A stretch of DNA of 58,279 nt, from positions 1-58,279 of IMG/VR virus record IMGVR_UViG_3300045988_062123; one strand, written 5' to 3'. Below the pieces are notes generated by a model, which was not told where the DNA came from, did no database searches, and worked only from the letters and a program-made list of their open reading frames with translations. Shown in pieces: positions 25,996-34,829 of this stretch (position 1 is its first letter; the number at the start of each line of letters is the position of its first letter). Position numbers and translations under genes: made by a program. This stretch comes from a virus.

Positions 25996-26611
25996 TATTA
26001 GAATCGACAGAAGTAAATTACATCCTTGGTTGGATTACAAACTTACGTTGCTATTAAAACAATGTAACAAAAAAGGAATTTATCTGATTATTACAGAGGG
26101 ATTCCGCACAAAAGAGTACCAAGATTCGCTTTACGCAAAAGGAAGAACCGCTCCTGGAAAAGTAGTTACCAATGCAAAAGGAAGTACATACAGTTCACAG
26201 CATATGTGGGGTATTGCGTTTGATATTGCCATCAATGACAGTAAACTGCTTTATGATACGGCTACAATCAAGAAAGTGGCTAAAATCGCAAAATCCAATA
26301 AAGTTGGATTAAAGTGGGGCGGCGACTGGAAAGATATTATTGACAATCCGCATTTTTACCTTGGAAAATGGGGAAGTACACCGAAAAAATTAAAAGAAAA
26401 ATATGGTACGCCCGATAAATTCAAGAAAACGTGGACGAGCATTACAAAGAAGAATTGTAAACTTTGGAAATCCAAAACTCTTAGAGCGAGCAAAATGCTT
26501 TGCCGAATTCCTAAAGGCTCAAAGGTTGAAGTGCTTTACAAGTCCAAACTTGGATATGCCAAGATTAAGTATGGAGGCAGATACGGTTTTGTGTTCAAGT
26601 CCGTACTGTAG
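25979..26611 (+). CDS. Endolysin: M15 (VanY-like) peptidase plus C-terminal SH3-like domain
   Basis: SQHMWGIAFD, GGDW and DNPHF form a zinc-peptidase M15 signature. The C-terminal CRIPKGSKVEVLY...YGFV is SH3-like. Confidence 0.85.
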   Translation: MKTTNDIRIDRSKLHPWLDYKLTLLLKQCNKKGIYLIITEGFRTKEYQDSLYAKGRTAPGKVVTNAKGSTYSSQHMWGIAFDIAINDSKLLYDTATIKKVAKIAKSNKVGLKWGGDWKDIIDNPHFYLGKWGSTPKKLKEKYGTPDKFKKTWTSITKKNCKLWKSKTLRASKMLCRIPKGSKVEVLYKSKLGYAKIKYGGRYGFVFKSVL

Positions 26612-26685
26612 TCCTTGAATGTCGAAAATTGACCGAACTTGCGATGAAAAAAGATTGCTTGTTTGTGCCAAAAGGTGTAAGATAA

Positions 26686-26753
26686 AATTGTCTCAAACGA
26701 GACAATTCAAGTTCTGGCGAGGGGTAAGAGTTCATTGTGTAACTCTGCCCCTC
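26686..26753 (+). terminator. Two hairpins downstream of the lysin
   Basis: AATTGTCTC aaac GAGACAATT (26686-26707). GAGGGG..AGAGTT cattgtgt AACTCT..CCCCTC (26719-26753). No strong T run. Confidence 0.4.
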
Positions 26754-26796
26754 ACTTTAAAACTAAGGGGAAACAATCAATCTTGCAAATTTATGA

Positions 26797-26825
26797 TTGA
26801 CAATTACAAACAAATGTTCTATAAT
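26797..26825 (+). promoter_or_regulatory. Consensus sigma-A promoter
   Basis: TTGACA (26797-26802), exactly 17 nt, TATAAT (26820-26825). Confidence 0.8.
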
Positions 26826-26848
26826 TGTCTTATCGTAAGGAGGGCAAC

Positions 26849-26980
26849 ATGGGAAATGAAAACGAAGAATTAAAGGAAGAAATAATTGAAACTGTAAAAA
26901 AAATCCAAAATGAACAAATTCTTATACTGATACGCGGATTTGTTGTTTCTGGATTTAATGAAGAAAAAGCGGGGAAATAA
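26849..26980 (+). CDS. 43-aa hypothetical protein (possible moron)
   Basis: RBS AAGGAGGG before ATG 26849. Product MGNENEELKEEIIETVKKIQNEQILILIRGFVVSGFNEEKAGK. Has its own promoter and terminator. Confidence 0.5.
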   Translation: MGNENEELKEEIIETVKKIQNEQILILIRGFVVSGFNEEKAGK

Positions 26981-26993
26981 CCCCGCTTTTTTT
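26964..26993. terminator. Bidirectional intrinsic terminator
   Basis: AAAAA GCGGGG aaataa CCCCGC TTTTTTT lies between two convergent genes. Confidence 0.8.
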
Positions 26994-27363
26994 AAAAGAT
27001 AAACTCTTCAAAGAAATCACAAAGCAATTGCTTTCTTGCCAAAGGCATCTCATTATACTCAATGATAATCTGCTTAAACCTCTTATCATTTAAACCAATT
27101 TTCATACAAGCATCCGAATACTTTATGTTATTATCGTCAGAGGAATTTCTTTTATCTGTTAAATCAGACATTCCAATTCCGAAATAATCAGCCAGTTTTC
27201 TTATTTTGCCGGTACTAGGAAATGATTTCCCGTTGCACCACATATTTAATGTAGTGGCGTTAAAACCTAAATCCTTTGCAACTTCTGTCTGTTGCTTTTG
27301 GTTTATCTCCATATAATGAAGAAGATTCTTTGCAAATATGGCTTTCTGCTCATCATCTGTCAT
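26992..27363 (-). CDS. CI-like repressor (XRE HTH)
   Basis: RBS AAAGGAG before the ATG at 27363. The HTH is QTEVAKDLGFNATTLNMWCNGKSFP. Divergent from the cro-like gene. Confidence 0.8.
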   Translation of the reverse strand: MTDDEQKAIFAKNLLHYMEINQKQQTEVAKDLGFNATTLNMWCNGKSFPSTGKIRKLADYFGIGMSDLTDKRNSSDDNNIKYSDACMKIGLNDKRFKQIIIEYNEMPLARKQLLCDFFEEFIF

Positions 27364-27386
27364 TTCTTTCACTCCTTTCAATAACT

Positions 27387-27415
27387 ATAATACACTATAA
27401 TTTAAAAAAATTCAA
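27387..27415 (-). promoter_or_regulatory. Candidate repressor promoter
   Basis: On the minus strand: TTGAAT, 17 nt, TATTAT. Confidence 0.5.
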
Positions 27416-27420
27416 TACAA

Positions 27421-27470
27421 AATTCAATTATTTTGAATTTTAGGTATTGACAATTCAATTCAATTGAATT
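27421..27470. promoter_or_regulatory. Operator-like palindromes AATTCAA(N)TTGAATT
   Basis: AATTCAAttattTTGAATT (27421-27439) and the perfect 14-bp AATTCAATTGAATT (27457-27470, inside the cro promoter spacer). Extra TTCAAT half-sites nearby. Confidence 0.6.
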
Positions 27471-27475
27471 ATACT
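27447..27475 (+). promoter_or_regulatory. Early rightward promoter
   Basis: TTGACA (27447-27452), 17 nt, TATACT (27470-27475). Confidence 0.75.
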
Positions 27476-27507
27476 AAGGTCAAGACATAAGAAAGGGGGA
27501 ATGAAAA

Positions 27508-27711
27508 ATGCCAAAGATTTCTCTTGAAGCGGTCAGAGTGAACGCTAAGATGACGCAGAAACAATGGGCGAAAGCACTCGGAGTTTCGAATACTACGATT
27601 GTAAACTGGGAAAAAGGGAATACCGAACCTAGTATTTCACAATTGAGAGAAATGAGTAAAATTTCCGGTGTTCCGATGGATTTTATTTTTGTACCAGATA
27701 AATCCAATTAG
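27508..27711 (+). CDS. Cro-like XRE HTH regulator
   Basis: The HTH is MTQKQWAKALGVSNTTIVNWEKGNTEP. RBS AAAGGGGGA. Confidence 0.8.
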   Translation: MPKISLEAVRVNAKMTQKQWAKALGVSNTTIVNWEKGNTEPSISQLREMSKISGVPMDFIFVPDKSN

Positions 27712-27738
27712 ATTGAATTTTTGAAAGGAGTGATTCAG

Positions 27739-28455
27739 ATGAACGATTTGGAAATCTTCAAAAATGAAGAATTTGGAGAAATTCGTACTGTAATGAAAGA
27801 CGGCGAACCGATGTTTTGTCTTATTGATATATGCAGAGCGTTGGAAATCAGCAATCCGTCAAAGGTGGCACAGAGGCTGGATGACGATGAACGCACTAAG
27901 TTTGAGTTAGGGCGTGCAGGAGAAACGAATTTTATAACAGAAAGCGGATTGTATGCGGTTATATTGAGAAGCGACAAGCCGAATGCGAAGAAATTCAGAA
28001 AATGGATAACATCAGAAGTTCTTCCGTCAATTAGAAAAAATGGATTTTATGGAAAGCCAATGACAACGGCTCAAAAAATTCAGTTACTGGCGCAGGGCAA
28101 TGATGAACTGAATGAACGTGTGGACAAGGTGGAAACAATGATTTATACCTTGGAAAACGATATGCCACTTTACGGTTGCGAAATCGAGGATATCCAAAGA
28201 CACGTAAAAAGAAGAGTTGTTGACATTCTTGGTGGCAAACAGAGCGAATCTTACCACGACCCTAGCATTAGAAACAAAGCATTTTCTGATATCTGGAATC
28301 AGTTGAAAAGAGAGTTTGGTTGTGTTTCTACCTATAAGAGTATCAAAAGAAGATACATAGCAGACGTGCATGAATTTATTGATTGCTACGAGCCACCAAG
28401 GGTATTAGCAGAACAGATTACAGATGCCAACGCACAATTGCGTTTATGTGTTTAG
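27739..28455 (+). CDS. Antirepressor (Bro-N domain plus C-terminal KilAC/ORF6C-like)
   Basis: FGEIRTVMKDGEPMFCLIDICRALE...FITESGLYAVILRSDKPNAKKFRKWITSEVLPSIRK is a Bro-N signature. Confidence 0.8.
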   Translation: MNDLEIFKNEEFGEIRTVMKDGEPMFCLIDICRALEISNPSKVAQRLDDDERTKFELGRAGETNFITESGLYAVILRSDKPNAKKFRKWITSEVLPSIRKNGFYGKPMTTAQKIQLLAQGNDELNERVDKVETMIYTLENDMPLYGCEIEDIQRHVKRRVVDILGGKQSESYHDPSIRNKAFSDIWNQLKREFGCVSTYKSIKRRYIADVHEFIDCYEPPRVLAEQITDANAQLRLCV

Positions 28456-28478
28456 GCGGTGGTTTTATCAGAAAAGTC

Positions 28479-28976
28479 ATGTTAGTCGCTATAACGTTTC
28501 TGTTTTCTTTCTGCATATGGGGATTCCGAGGAATCGAATTGGAAAATCCAGAAATGGCAGAGGAAAAGGTTTTAGTCGGAATCGGCACAATTCAGATTCC
28601 AGAAACTGAAACAGTCTCTGTTGAGACGAGAAGTGTTGAGCGAAAAAGGAAAAGGACACACAAGAAAAAGAAAGTTGTTCGGAAAAAGTGGACAACGTAC
28701 AGAATTACGGCATATTGTCCTTGTTGCGATTGTTCGGACAAGTACGGAAGAATGACTTCAACTGGAGTTGTTCCAAGGCAGGGAAGAACGATTGCGGTAG
28801 ATCCAAAGGTCATACCTTATGGATCGGTAGTCCACATAAAAGGACTTGGAGAGTTTATCGCAGAGGATTGCGGTGGAGCAATAAAAGGAAACAGTATAGA
28901 TTTATACTTTGACGTACATTCCGATACCGAGAAATTCGGTGTACAGTACAGAGAAGTATATATGGAAAGGAAGTGA
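28479..28976 (+). CDS. 3D-domain (MltA/RlpA-like double-psi barrel) protein with N-terminal membrane anchor
   Basis: YRITAYCPCCDCSDKYGRMTSTG...GRTIAVDPKVIPYGS...IAEDCGGAIKGNSIDLYF matches the 3D domain. Start uncertain (28446 or 28479). Confidence 0.7.
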   Translation: MLVAITFLFSFCIWGFRGIELENPEMAEEKVLVGIGTIQIPETETVSVETRSVERKRKRTHKKKKVVRKKWTTYRITAYCPCCDCSDKYGRMTSTGVVPRQGRTIAVDPKVIPYGSVVHIKGLGEFIAEDCGGAIKGNSIDLYFDVHSDTEKFGVQYREVYMERK

Positions 28977-28980
28977 TCTT

Positions 28981-29112
28981 ATGTACATTCCACCTTTCTG
29001 GTGTGGTGTATCGGTAACGATTATAGGAATTGTTATCGTATCGCTGATAATGTCAATGTTTCAGCATGACGATGATGACGAGCAAGACGAAAGGAGAAGA
29101 AACCATGAGTAA
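28981..29112 (+). CDS. Small membrane protein (43 aa)
   Basis: RBS GGAAAGGAAG. One TM segment followed by an acidic tail. Confidence 0.5.
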   Translation: MYIPPFWCGVSVTIIGIVIVSLIMSMFQHDDDDEQDERRRNHE

Positions 29113-29245
29113 GGAAAAAGAAATCAAGGCAGAGGGAGCGACACCGATTCCTCCAGAATTGATTGAATCGCTTATCAAAATTGGAGCGATTGTTAGAAAG
29201 CAGGACGGAAGCCTTGTGTGTGGTAAGCCCGGAACATATCGTTAG
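29105..29245 (+). CDS. Small hypothetical protein (46 aa)
   Basis: RBS GGAG before ATG 29105, stop TAG at 29243-29245. Confidence 0.45.
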   Translation: MSKEKEIKAEGATPIPPELIESLIKIGAIVRKQDGSLVCGKPGTYR

Positions 29246-29261
29246 GAAAGGAGAGAAAAAA

Positions 29262-30035
29262 ATGAAAGGTTTTAAAGGTTTTGATAAAGGACTGGTCTGT
29301 AGAGGAAAGAAATACAAGGAAAATACAGTTTTCGAAGAGGAAGCAGCCGAAATTTGTAAAAGTGGAATGCACTTTTGCGAAAATCCATTTGATGTCCTTG
29401 AGTATTATGATTTAGTTAATACCGATGGAAGTTTTAACGAGTTTGCAGAAGTGGTGGCTTTGGATGAATGTTTGACAGATGATAATAAAAAATATTGTAC
29501 TAAGAAACTGAAAATTGGTGCGAAACTATCATTTAGCGGATTTGTCAATGCTTGTATTGAGTTTATTCTTGAAAAGACCAAAATTGAACAAACGGATGAA
29601 GAAGATGAAACTGTGATTGGCAGTTCCGGATATTCCGCAAAGATTGGCAGTTCCGGAAATTCCGCACAGATTGGCAGTTCCGGAAATTCCGCACAGATTG
29701 GCAGTTCCGGATATTACGCACAGATTGGCAGTTCCGGATATTCCGCACAGATTGGCAGTTCCGGAGATTACGCAAAGATTGGCAGTTCCGGAGATTACGC
29801 AAAGATCACGTCAGAAGGAGAAGATTCGGTCATATGTTGCTCAGGTCACAATTCAATTGTGAGAGCAAAGAAAGGAAGTTGGATTACTCTTTCTGAATGG
29901 GAAAAATCTTTTGAAAAAGATAGATGGATTCCAAAATGCGTAAAAACGAAATTTGTTGACGGAGAAATAATTAAAGCAGATACATTCTACAGATTGGAAA
30001 ATGGGAAATTTGTAGAGGTTAAGGAGGATAAGTAA
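29262..30035 (+). CDS. Repeat-containing phage protein (N-terminal MKGFKGFDK...CRG module plus 7x IGSSGxxAx nonapeptides)
   Basis: RBS AAAGGAG before ATG 29262. The N-terminal motif is a widespread phage/plasmid domain of unknown function. Confidence 0.7.
   Translation: MKGFKGFDKGLVCRGKKYKENTVFEEEAAEICKSGMHFCENPFDVLEYYDLVNTDGSFNEFAEVVALDECLTDDNKKYCTKKLKIGAKLSFSGFVNACIEFILEKTKIEQTDEEDETVIGSSGYSAKIGSSGNSAQIGSSGNSAQIGSSGYYAQIGSSGYSAQIGSSGDYAKIGSSGDYAKITSEGEDSVICCSGHNSIVRAKKGSWITLSEWEKSFEKDRWIPKCVKTKFVDGEIIKADTFYRLENGKFVEVKEDK
29616..29804 (+). repeat. Seven tandem 27-bp repeats inside the CDS
   Basis: The unit ATTGGCAGTTCCGGA(A/T/G)AT(T/A)(C/A)CGCA(A/C)AG occurs 7 times with no gaps. Confidence 0.95.
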
Positions 30036-30036
30036 G

Positions 30037-31959
30037 ATGGTAATTAAGTTAAAAAGAATGATTCTGGAAAATTTTATGTATTACATGACGGTAATGCTTG
30101 ATTTTCCGCAGATTGCCAAAATTTTGGCAAAGAACGGCAAGGGAAAGTCGTCAATCGTCAATGCCTTTATGTGGTGTTTGTTCGACTGTGACTACGAATT
30201 AAGAAGCAACCCAAAAGTACGCAGAGAGGTTGACGGAAAGCCGGTTGAGGATAAGGAAGTTTCCGTGGAACTGGTACTTGACGTGGATGGAAAAGAAGTT
30301 ACCATGCGTAAAGTGCAGAAACGCAAGCGTTCCAAAGACGGTACTACTTACAAGGACAATAACGAATACTACATAAACGATGTTCTAAAGACAAAGAAAG
30401 AGTTTGAGGAATATCTTGGTATTGATATGTCTGTTCTAAAAATGTCAACCAATATCAATGGGTTTCTGAATCAGAAACCGGCTGATATGCGAGACTTTTT
30501 ATTTAAGACAGTAGATTCTACGACTGATTTAGACATCGACAAGAAAACGGATGAATTGCAGGAACTTTCTTCTCTTTTGGAGAACTACACCACAGAGGAA
30601 ATCAAGGCGATGAATCAGAAGAAAGTGAAAGACGTTGACGAATCTCTTCCTATATTAAAGGGGCAGATTGAAGAAAAGCAGAGAGATATCGCTAGCAAGC
30701 AGGAAACCAATGTTTCCGACTTTGAACTTTTCAAAAAAGATTTGGAATCAAAACTTGATGCGAATATCAAGGTGCAGGTAGACAATGATAAATTGATTGA
30801 TGGGTTTGAGAACGCGGTCAACGATGTTATGAATCTGAAATTCGAACTGTCAAGCATGGAGCAGAAAGCAAATTCAGAAATTGCATCCAAAAAGAACGGA
30901 TTGGAGAACAAAAAAGACGAAATTCTTGGAAAAAACGGGCGATGCAAGGGCGAATTGGCACGATTGAGTAGCGATTTGGCACTCCAAACAAAATTGATCG
31001 CGGACAATAAGCGGAAGAAAGACGAGCAGGCAACGTTATGGAAAATTGCAAATGAGCGGAAATTTGACGAATCAAGCCTTGTTTGTTCTTATTGCGGTCA
31101 AGAATACCCGGAAGAGAAAAAAGAGGAAATGCGGGCAGAATTTGAAAGCCACAAAGCGGATGAATTGAAACAGATTGTGGAAAGAGGGAATGCCTTAAAG
31201 AAAGCAATTGACGATTCAAAAATCCTCTTGAAAAACATTGAGGAAAATATCCAAAAGAAAAATGAGGAATCGGAAAAACTGACTGCTGAATACGATTCCG
31301 TTGAGAAAGAATTGGAATCTATCAAGCCAATTGATGTCAAGCAGTCGGACAAATACAAAGAGATTGAATCAAAAATTGCTGATCGAGAAGATTCAATGAA
31401 GAAAATGCAGGATCTCAAAGACATCAAAGCGGAATTAAAAACAGAAGAAGAACGAATCCGTTCTGAATTGGCAGAAGTGGACAGAAAAATTTCCGCTGCC
31501 AATACGGAATCAGACGAAATCCGATTGGAAGAATTGAAAAAGTCTAAATTTGACAAAGAACAGGAAAAGGCAGATGCAGAGAAAATCTTGGATTTGCTGA
31601 AAGAACTGGAGAAAGCCAAAAACGAGGAATTATCGGAAGAAATCAATTCTAAGTTTGGAATTGTCAATTGGCAGTTGTTCGAAACCGCCAAGAACGGAAA
31701 TTATAAATCCGTTTCCGTTCCGATGATTGACGGCAAGTCTATTTTGACAACGATGTCCAACAAGGGAAACAGAATCCTTGGCAGAGTAGATATCTGTCGT
31801 TCGATTCAGAAAATCAGCGGTGTAAATTGTCCGATTTGGTTGGATGATTTGGAATCATTGGACGAGGAAAATCAGAAGAAAGTTGCTGAAATGGTGGAAA
31901 GCCAGTTGATTATGTTGGCAGTATCAAACAATGCGGAACTGGAAATTAAGGAGGTGTGA
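30037..31959 (+). CDS. Rad50/SbcC-like AAA ATPase (recombination module)
   Basis: Walker A is AKNGKGKSS. Long coiled coil with a central CSYCGQ hook-like CxxC. C-terminal IWLDDLESLD is a Walker B/D-loop. Confidence 0.75.
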   Translation: MVIKLKRMILENFMYYMTVMLDFPQIAKILAKNGKGKSSIVNAFMWCLFDCDYELRSNPKVRREVDGKPVEDKEVSVELVLDVDGKEVTMRKVQKRKRSKDGTTYKDNNEYYINDVLKTKKEFEEYLGIDMSVLKMSTNINGFLNQKPADMRDFLFKTVDSTTDLDIDKKTDELQELSSLLENYTTEEIKAMNQKKVKDVDESLPILKGQIEEKQRDIASKQETNVSDFELFKKDLESKLDANIKVQVDNDKLIDGFENAVNDVMNLKFELSSMEQKANSEIASKKNGLENKKDEILGKNGRCKGELARLSSDLALQTKLIADNKRKKDEQATLWKIANERKFDESSLVCSYCGQEYPEEKKEEMRAEFESHKADELKQIVERGNALKKAIDDSKILLKNIEENIQKKNEESEKLTAEYDSVEKELESIKPIDVKQSDKYKEIESKIADREDSMKKMQDLKDIKAELKTEEERIRSELAEVDRKISAANTESDEIRLEELKKSKFDKEQEKADAEKILDLLKELEKAKNEELSEEINSKFGIVNWQLFETAKNGNYKSVSVPMIDGKSILTTMSNKGNRILGRVDICRSIQKISGVNCPIWLDDLESLDEENQKKVAEMVESQLIMLAVSNNAELEIKEV

Positions 31960-31960
31960 T

Positions 31961-32128
31961 ATGAAACTGTATTTTTACACGGCAAACACAAGCAAACAAT
32001 ATGGTAATTTAGTCATTTCAGTAGAAATTTGCGAAGCAGAGGAAAAGCCTAAAACATACAGGTCTTGTTCATTGTGTTTTCCAAATTATATCACAAATGT
32101 GAAAAAGATGATATTGGTCGTATTGTAA
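31961..32128 (+). CDS. Hypothetical protein (frame A, 55 aa)
   Basis: RBS AAGGAGG before ATG 31961. Confidence 0.5.
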   Translation: MKLYFYTANTSKQYGNLVISVEICEAEEKPKTYRSCSLCFPNYITNVKKMILVVL

Positions 32129-32274
32129 ACGATTTCTTAATTCTTACAACGCCTGATTTTGAGTATGCTAAGAAGAAGTTTATTGAAAGAGCAGAAGAAA
32201 AAGTATACATAGCAAAAGGAACACTTAAAAGAGCAGAACGTGAATTAGAAATTTTAAGAGAAAGCGAGGAATGA
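31961..32274 (+). CDS. Possible fusion product via -1 frameshift (or an indel artefact)
   Basis: The downstream frame (to 32274) has no ATG start and is -1 relative to frame A across G_AAA_AAG. Confidence 0.35.
32101..32107 (+). promoter_or_regulatory. Candidate -1 slippery site G_AAA_AAG
   Basis: gtg aaa aag atg in frame A becomes gaa aaa gat gat in the -1 frame. Confidence 0.35.
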
Positions 32275-32276
32275 TT

Positions 32277-32855
32277 ATGGGATTTAAGGTTGGAGATATT
32301 GTAGAGGTTATTGATAATGGATATTCGTTTACAAATAATGAGTATTTCTTTATCGAAAATAAAATTGCTTTAAAAACTGCAACTCGATATACTTATGGCT
32401 CTCTTCCCCCAAATGGATTAACTGGAAGAATTGTCGCAATTGGAGACCTTGAGTTTTATGATTACAAAGGAATAGTAATTCAAGATGACACCAATCGGGA
32501 GATGTGCTGTTTGGTCGGAGAACCTGGCTTAAAATTTCTTAAAAAAAATGAATTTAAGCCACATCTTGAATGTACGAAGGTTTTTAAAGTCAATTATGGA
32601 ACTATTGGAAAACAAACAAACCTTGTCGATTGCCACGGAAGACAGTTAAAGGTCGGAGATACTGTTATCATTCGTGCTAAAGATGGAAGTGCATCTCCAG
32701 AGGTTCCGATTGTTGACGACCAGCTTGGTTGTTGTTTCCATATAGGGTATTCACCTTTTGTAGATAAGGAAATGCTTATAAGGATAAGAGATTGCGATGA
32801 GATTCCAGATGGAGAAAAGGTTGAAATTATTGAATATGTAAAGGAAGAGAGGTAA
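32277..32855 (+). CDS. Hypothetical protein
   Basis: The second ATG is at better distance from GAGGA. No motif recognised. Confidence 0.6.
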   Translation: MGFKVGDIVEVIDNGYSFTNNEYFFIENKIALKTATRYTYGSLPPNGLTGRIVAIGDLEFYDYKGIVIQDDTNREMCCLVGEPGLKFLKKNEFKPHLECTKVFKVNYGTIGKQTNLVDCHGRQLKVGDTVIIRAKDGSASPEVPIVDDQLGCCFHIGYSPFVDKEMLIRIRDCDEIPDGEKVEIIEYVKEER

Positions 32856-32860
32856 AAAAC

Positions 32861-33580
32861 ATGGCAGAGAAGAATGAAGTAGTTGTACAGGAAGAAAAAA
32901 AGGAAGTAACGGCACATAATAACAAGGTAACGGATTATAGCCTTGGTATTTTTGGAACATCGGATAATTTTGTTATGGCGATGCAGATGGCAAAGGCATT
33001 GTCAGCATCGACTATTGTTCCAGCGATATACCAGAACAATTCGTCAAACTGTTTGATTGCTATTGAGCAAGCACAAAGAATGAAAGTAAGTCCAATGATG
33101 GTAATGCAGAATCTTTATCCAATCCAAGGAAAACCTTGTTGGAGCGCACAGTTTTTGATTGCGCAGGTAAACAATAGCGGAAATTATGATATTGAATTGC
33201 AGTACGATGAAAAGCAGAAAAACGGTAAGCCTTTTTCTTGCCAGTGTTGGACAATGAAAGCAGGAAGAAGAATTGACGGCATGGTAGTTGACATGGATAT
33301 GGCAGATGCCGAGGGATGGACAAAGAAAAACGGTTCAAAGTGGAAAACGATGCCACAGTTGATGTTGAGATATCGAGCCGCATCATTTTTTGCAAGATTG
33401 AACTGTCCAGAACTTACAATGGGACTTTATACCAAGGAAGAAATTATTGACGGAGATTTTAAGGAATATCCGTTGGAAACGATGCAGGAGCAAGTCGAAA
33501 AGGAGATTTCTAGCGGTGCTAATTCAGAAGACTTTGAATCGGCAGCAGTTGAACCGGAATTTATGGAGGACGAAGAATGA
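32861..33580 (+). CDS. recT: RecT-family single-strand annealing protein
   Basis: MAMQMAKALSASTIVPAIYQNN...AIEQAQRMKVSPMMVMQNLY...MLRYRAASFFARL is a RecT signature. Confidence 0.8.
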   Translation: MAEKNEVVVQEEKKEVTAHNNKVTDYSLGIFGTSDNFVMAMQMAKALSASTIVPAIYQNNSSNCLIAIEQAQRMKVSPMMVMQNLYPIQGKPCWSAQFLIAQVNNSGNYDIELQYDEKQKNGKPFSCQCWTMKAGRRIDGMVVDMDMADAEGWTKKNGSKWKTMPQLMLRYRAASFFARLNCPELTMGLYTKEEIIDGDFKEYPLETMQEQVEKEISSGANSEDFESAAVEPEFMEDEE

Positions 33581-33846
33581 GACTGATAAGCCAAGACGGA
33601 ACATTTGATGTTCCATACGATCAAGTAGTAATTCAGCGGTATAGTGATGGCATTTACTGGCTGAATAAAAACCTTATTGGAGTTGAATCGGGAATTTCCG
33701 AAGATTTTAAAATCGCTTCTTATTCAAGCGAAGAAAAGGCAATTAAGGTCATGGAAAAGTTAAGAGAGAACTATAAAAACTTTACTCTTTACAAAGAAGA
33801 TTTTCTGTATTTCCGGTTTCCGGAAGATGAAGAGGTGCAGGAATGA
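33577..33846 (+). CDS. Small hypothetical phage protein (paralogue of 2169..2378)
   Basis: Shares the N-terminal and central motifs listed for 2169. Confidence 0.6.
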   Translation: MRLISQDGTFDVPYDQVVIQRYSDGIYWLNKNLIGVESGISEDFKIASYSSEEKAIKVMEKLRENYKNFTLYKEDFLYFRFPEDEEVQE

Positions 33847-34571
33847 TTTTGAAATGCCTTGGTAGCGGGAGTAGCGGTAATTGCTATCTGTTGACTGATA
33901 GCAATGGCAAAACCCTTATCCTTGATTGTGGTCTTTCAATCCGAGAGATAAAAAAAGGATTGAATTACGATTTGCGGTGTGTGGCTGGGTGCATTGTTAC
34001 CCACCACCACAAAGACCATAGTAAGTCGGCAAAAGAACTTGAAGAGATTGGAATTGAGGTTTATAAGCCTTACGAAGAGTGCTACAAGGCAATGAATTTC
34101 AAGAAAGCACCATTTCTTATTTCTACGGTTCCTATGCAAGATAAGGATGGAAAGTTTTGCCACACAAACACGGATGGTAGCGAGTGTCCGTGTTACGGAT
34201 TCATTATCAGCCATCCAGAAATGGGTAACTTGCTTTACGTGACCGACACGGAATTTGTCAAGTGGAGATTCAGAAACCTAAATCACATTTTGGTTTCGTG
34301 CAATTACCAAAAGAAGTACCTAAGCAAAGTGGCAGGAAAACGAGAACACGTTTTTCGAGGGCACATGGAACTGGAAACAGTCAAAGATTTTGTAACCGCA
34401 AACAATTCAAGCACATTGCAGAACGTCATACTGTGCCATATGAGCAAAGAATCGGCAGACCCCAAAGAATGTATGCAAGAGGTTAAATCGGTTCTTGAAT
34501 CGGCAAACGTGGACGTTGCAGAGCCTAACAAAGAATGGATTTTAAAGAAAGGAGATGAATGTCCGTTTTGA
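33843..34571 (+). CDS. MBL-fold metallo-hydrolase (putative recombination nuclease)
   Basis: LGSGSSGNCYLL and HHHKDH motifs. Adjacent to recT. Confidence 0.8.
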   Translation: MILKCLGSGSSGNCYLLTDSNGKTLILDCGLSIREIKKGLNYDLRCVAGCIVTHHHKDHSKSAKELEEIGIEVYKPYEECYKAMNFKKAPFLISTVPMQDKDGKFCHTNTDGSECPCYGFIISHPEMGNLLYVTDTEFVKWRFRNLNHILVSCNYQKKYLSKVAGKREHVFRGHMELETVKDFVTANNSSTLQNVILCHMSKESADPKECMQEVKSVLESANVDVAEPNKEWILKKGDECPF

Positions 34572-34795
34572 AAACAGAAAAAAGAATAAAAAAACTAATT
34601 AAGTTTTTGAAAAATGAATTTAAGCACGGAATACAGATGTTTAATTCTCCATCTCTTTCAGGTGATGAAAGAGAGATTATTTATAATCAGGATGGCATAG
34701 TTGTATTGCACAGTTATTACTATGAATACATAGAAATATATGGAATTTCTACCAAAGAATTTAAAAAGGTTATGAAAAAATCCGGCGGATATTAA
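34559..34795 (+). CDS. Hypothetical protein
   Basis: ORF in operon context. Confidence 0.5.
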   Translation: MSVLKTEKRIKKLIKFLKNEFKHGIQMFNSPSLSGDEREIIYNQDGIVVLHSYYYEYIEIYGISTKEFKKVMKKSGGY

Positions 34796-34829
34796 GACAG
34801 AAAATAAATTTTAGGAAAGGAAGATTGAA

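Noticed and set aside
29563-29862. ORFs in two alternative frames across the 27-bp repeats, and a possible CRISPR array
   Set aside because: Both ORFs are artefacts of the in-frame tandem repeat. The units are contiguous with no spacers, so this is not a CRISPR array.
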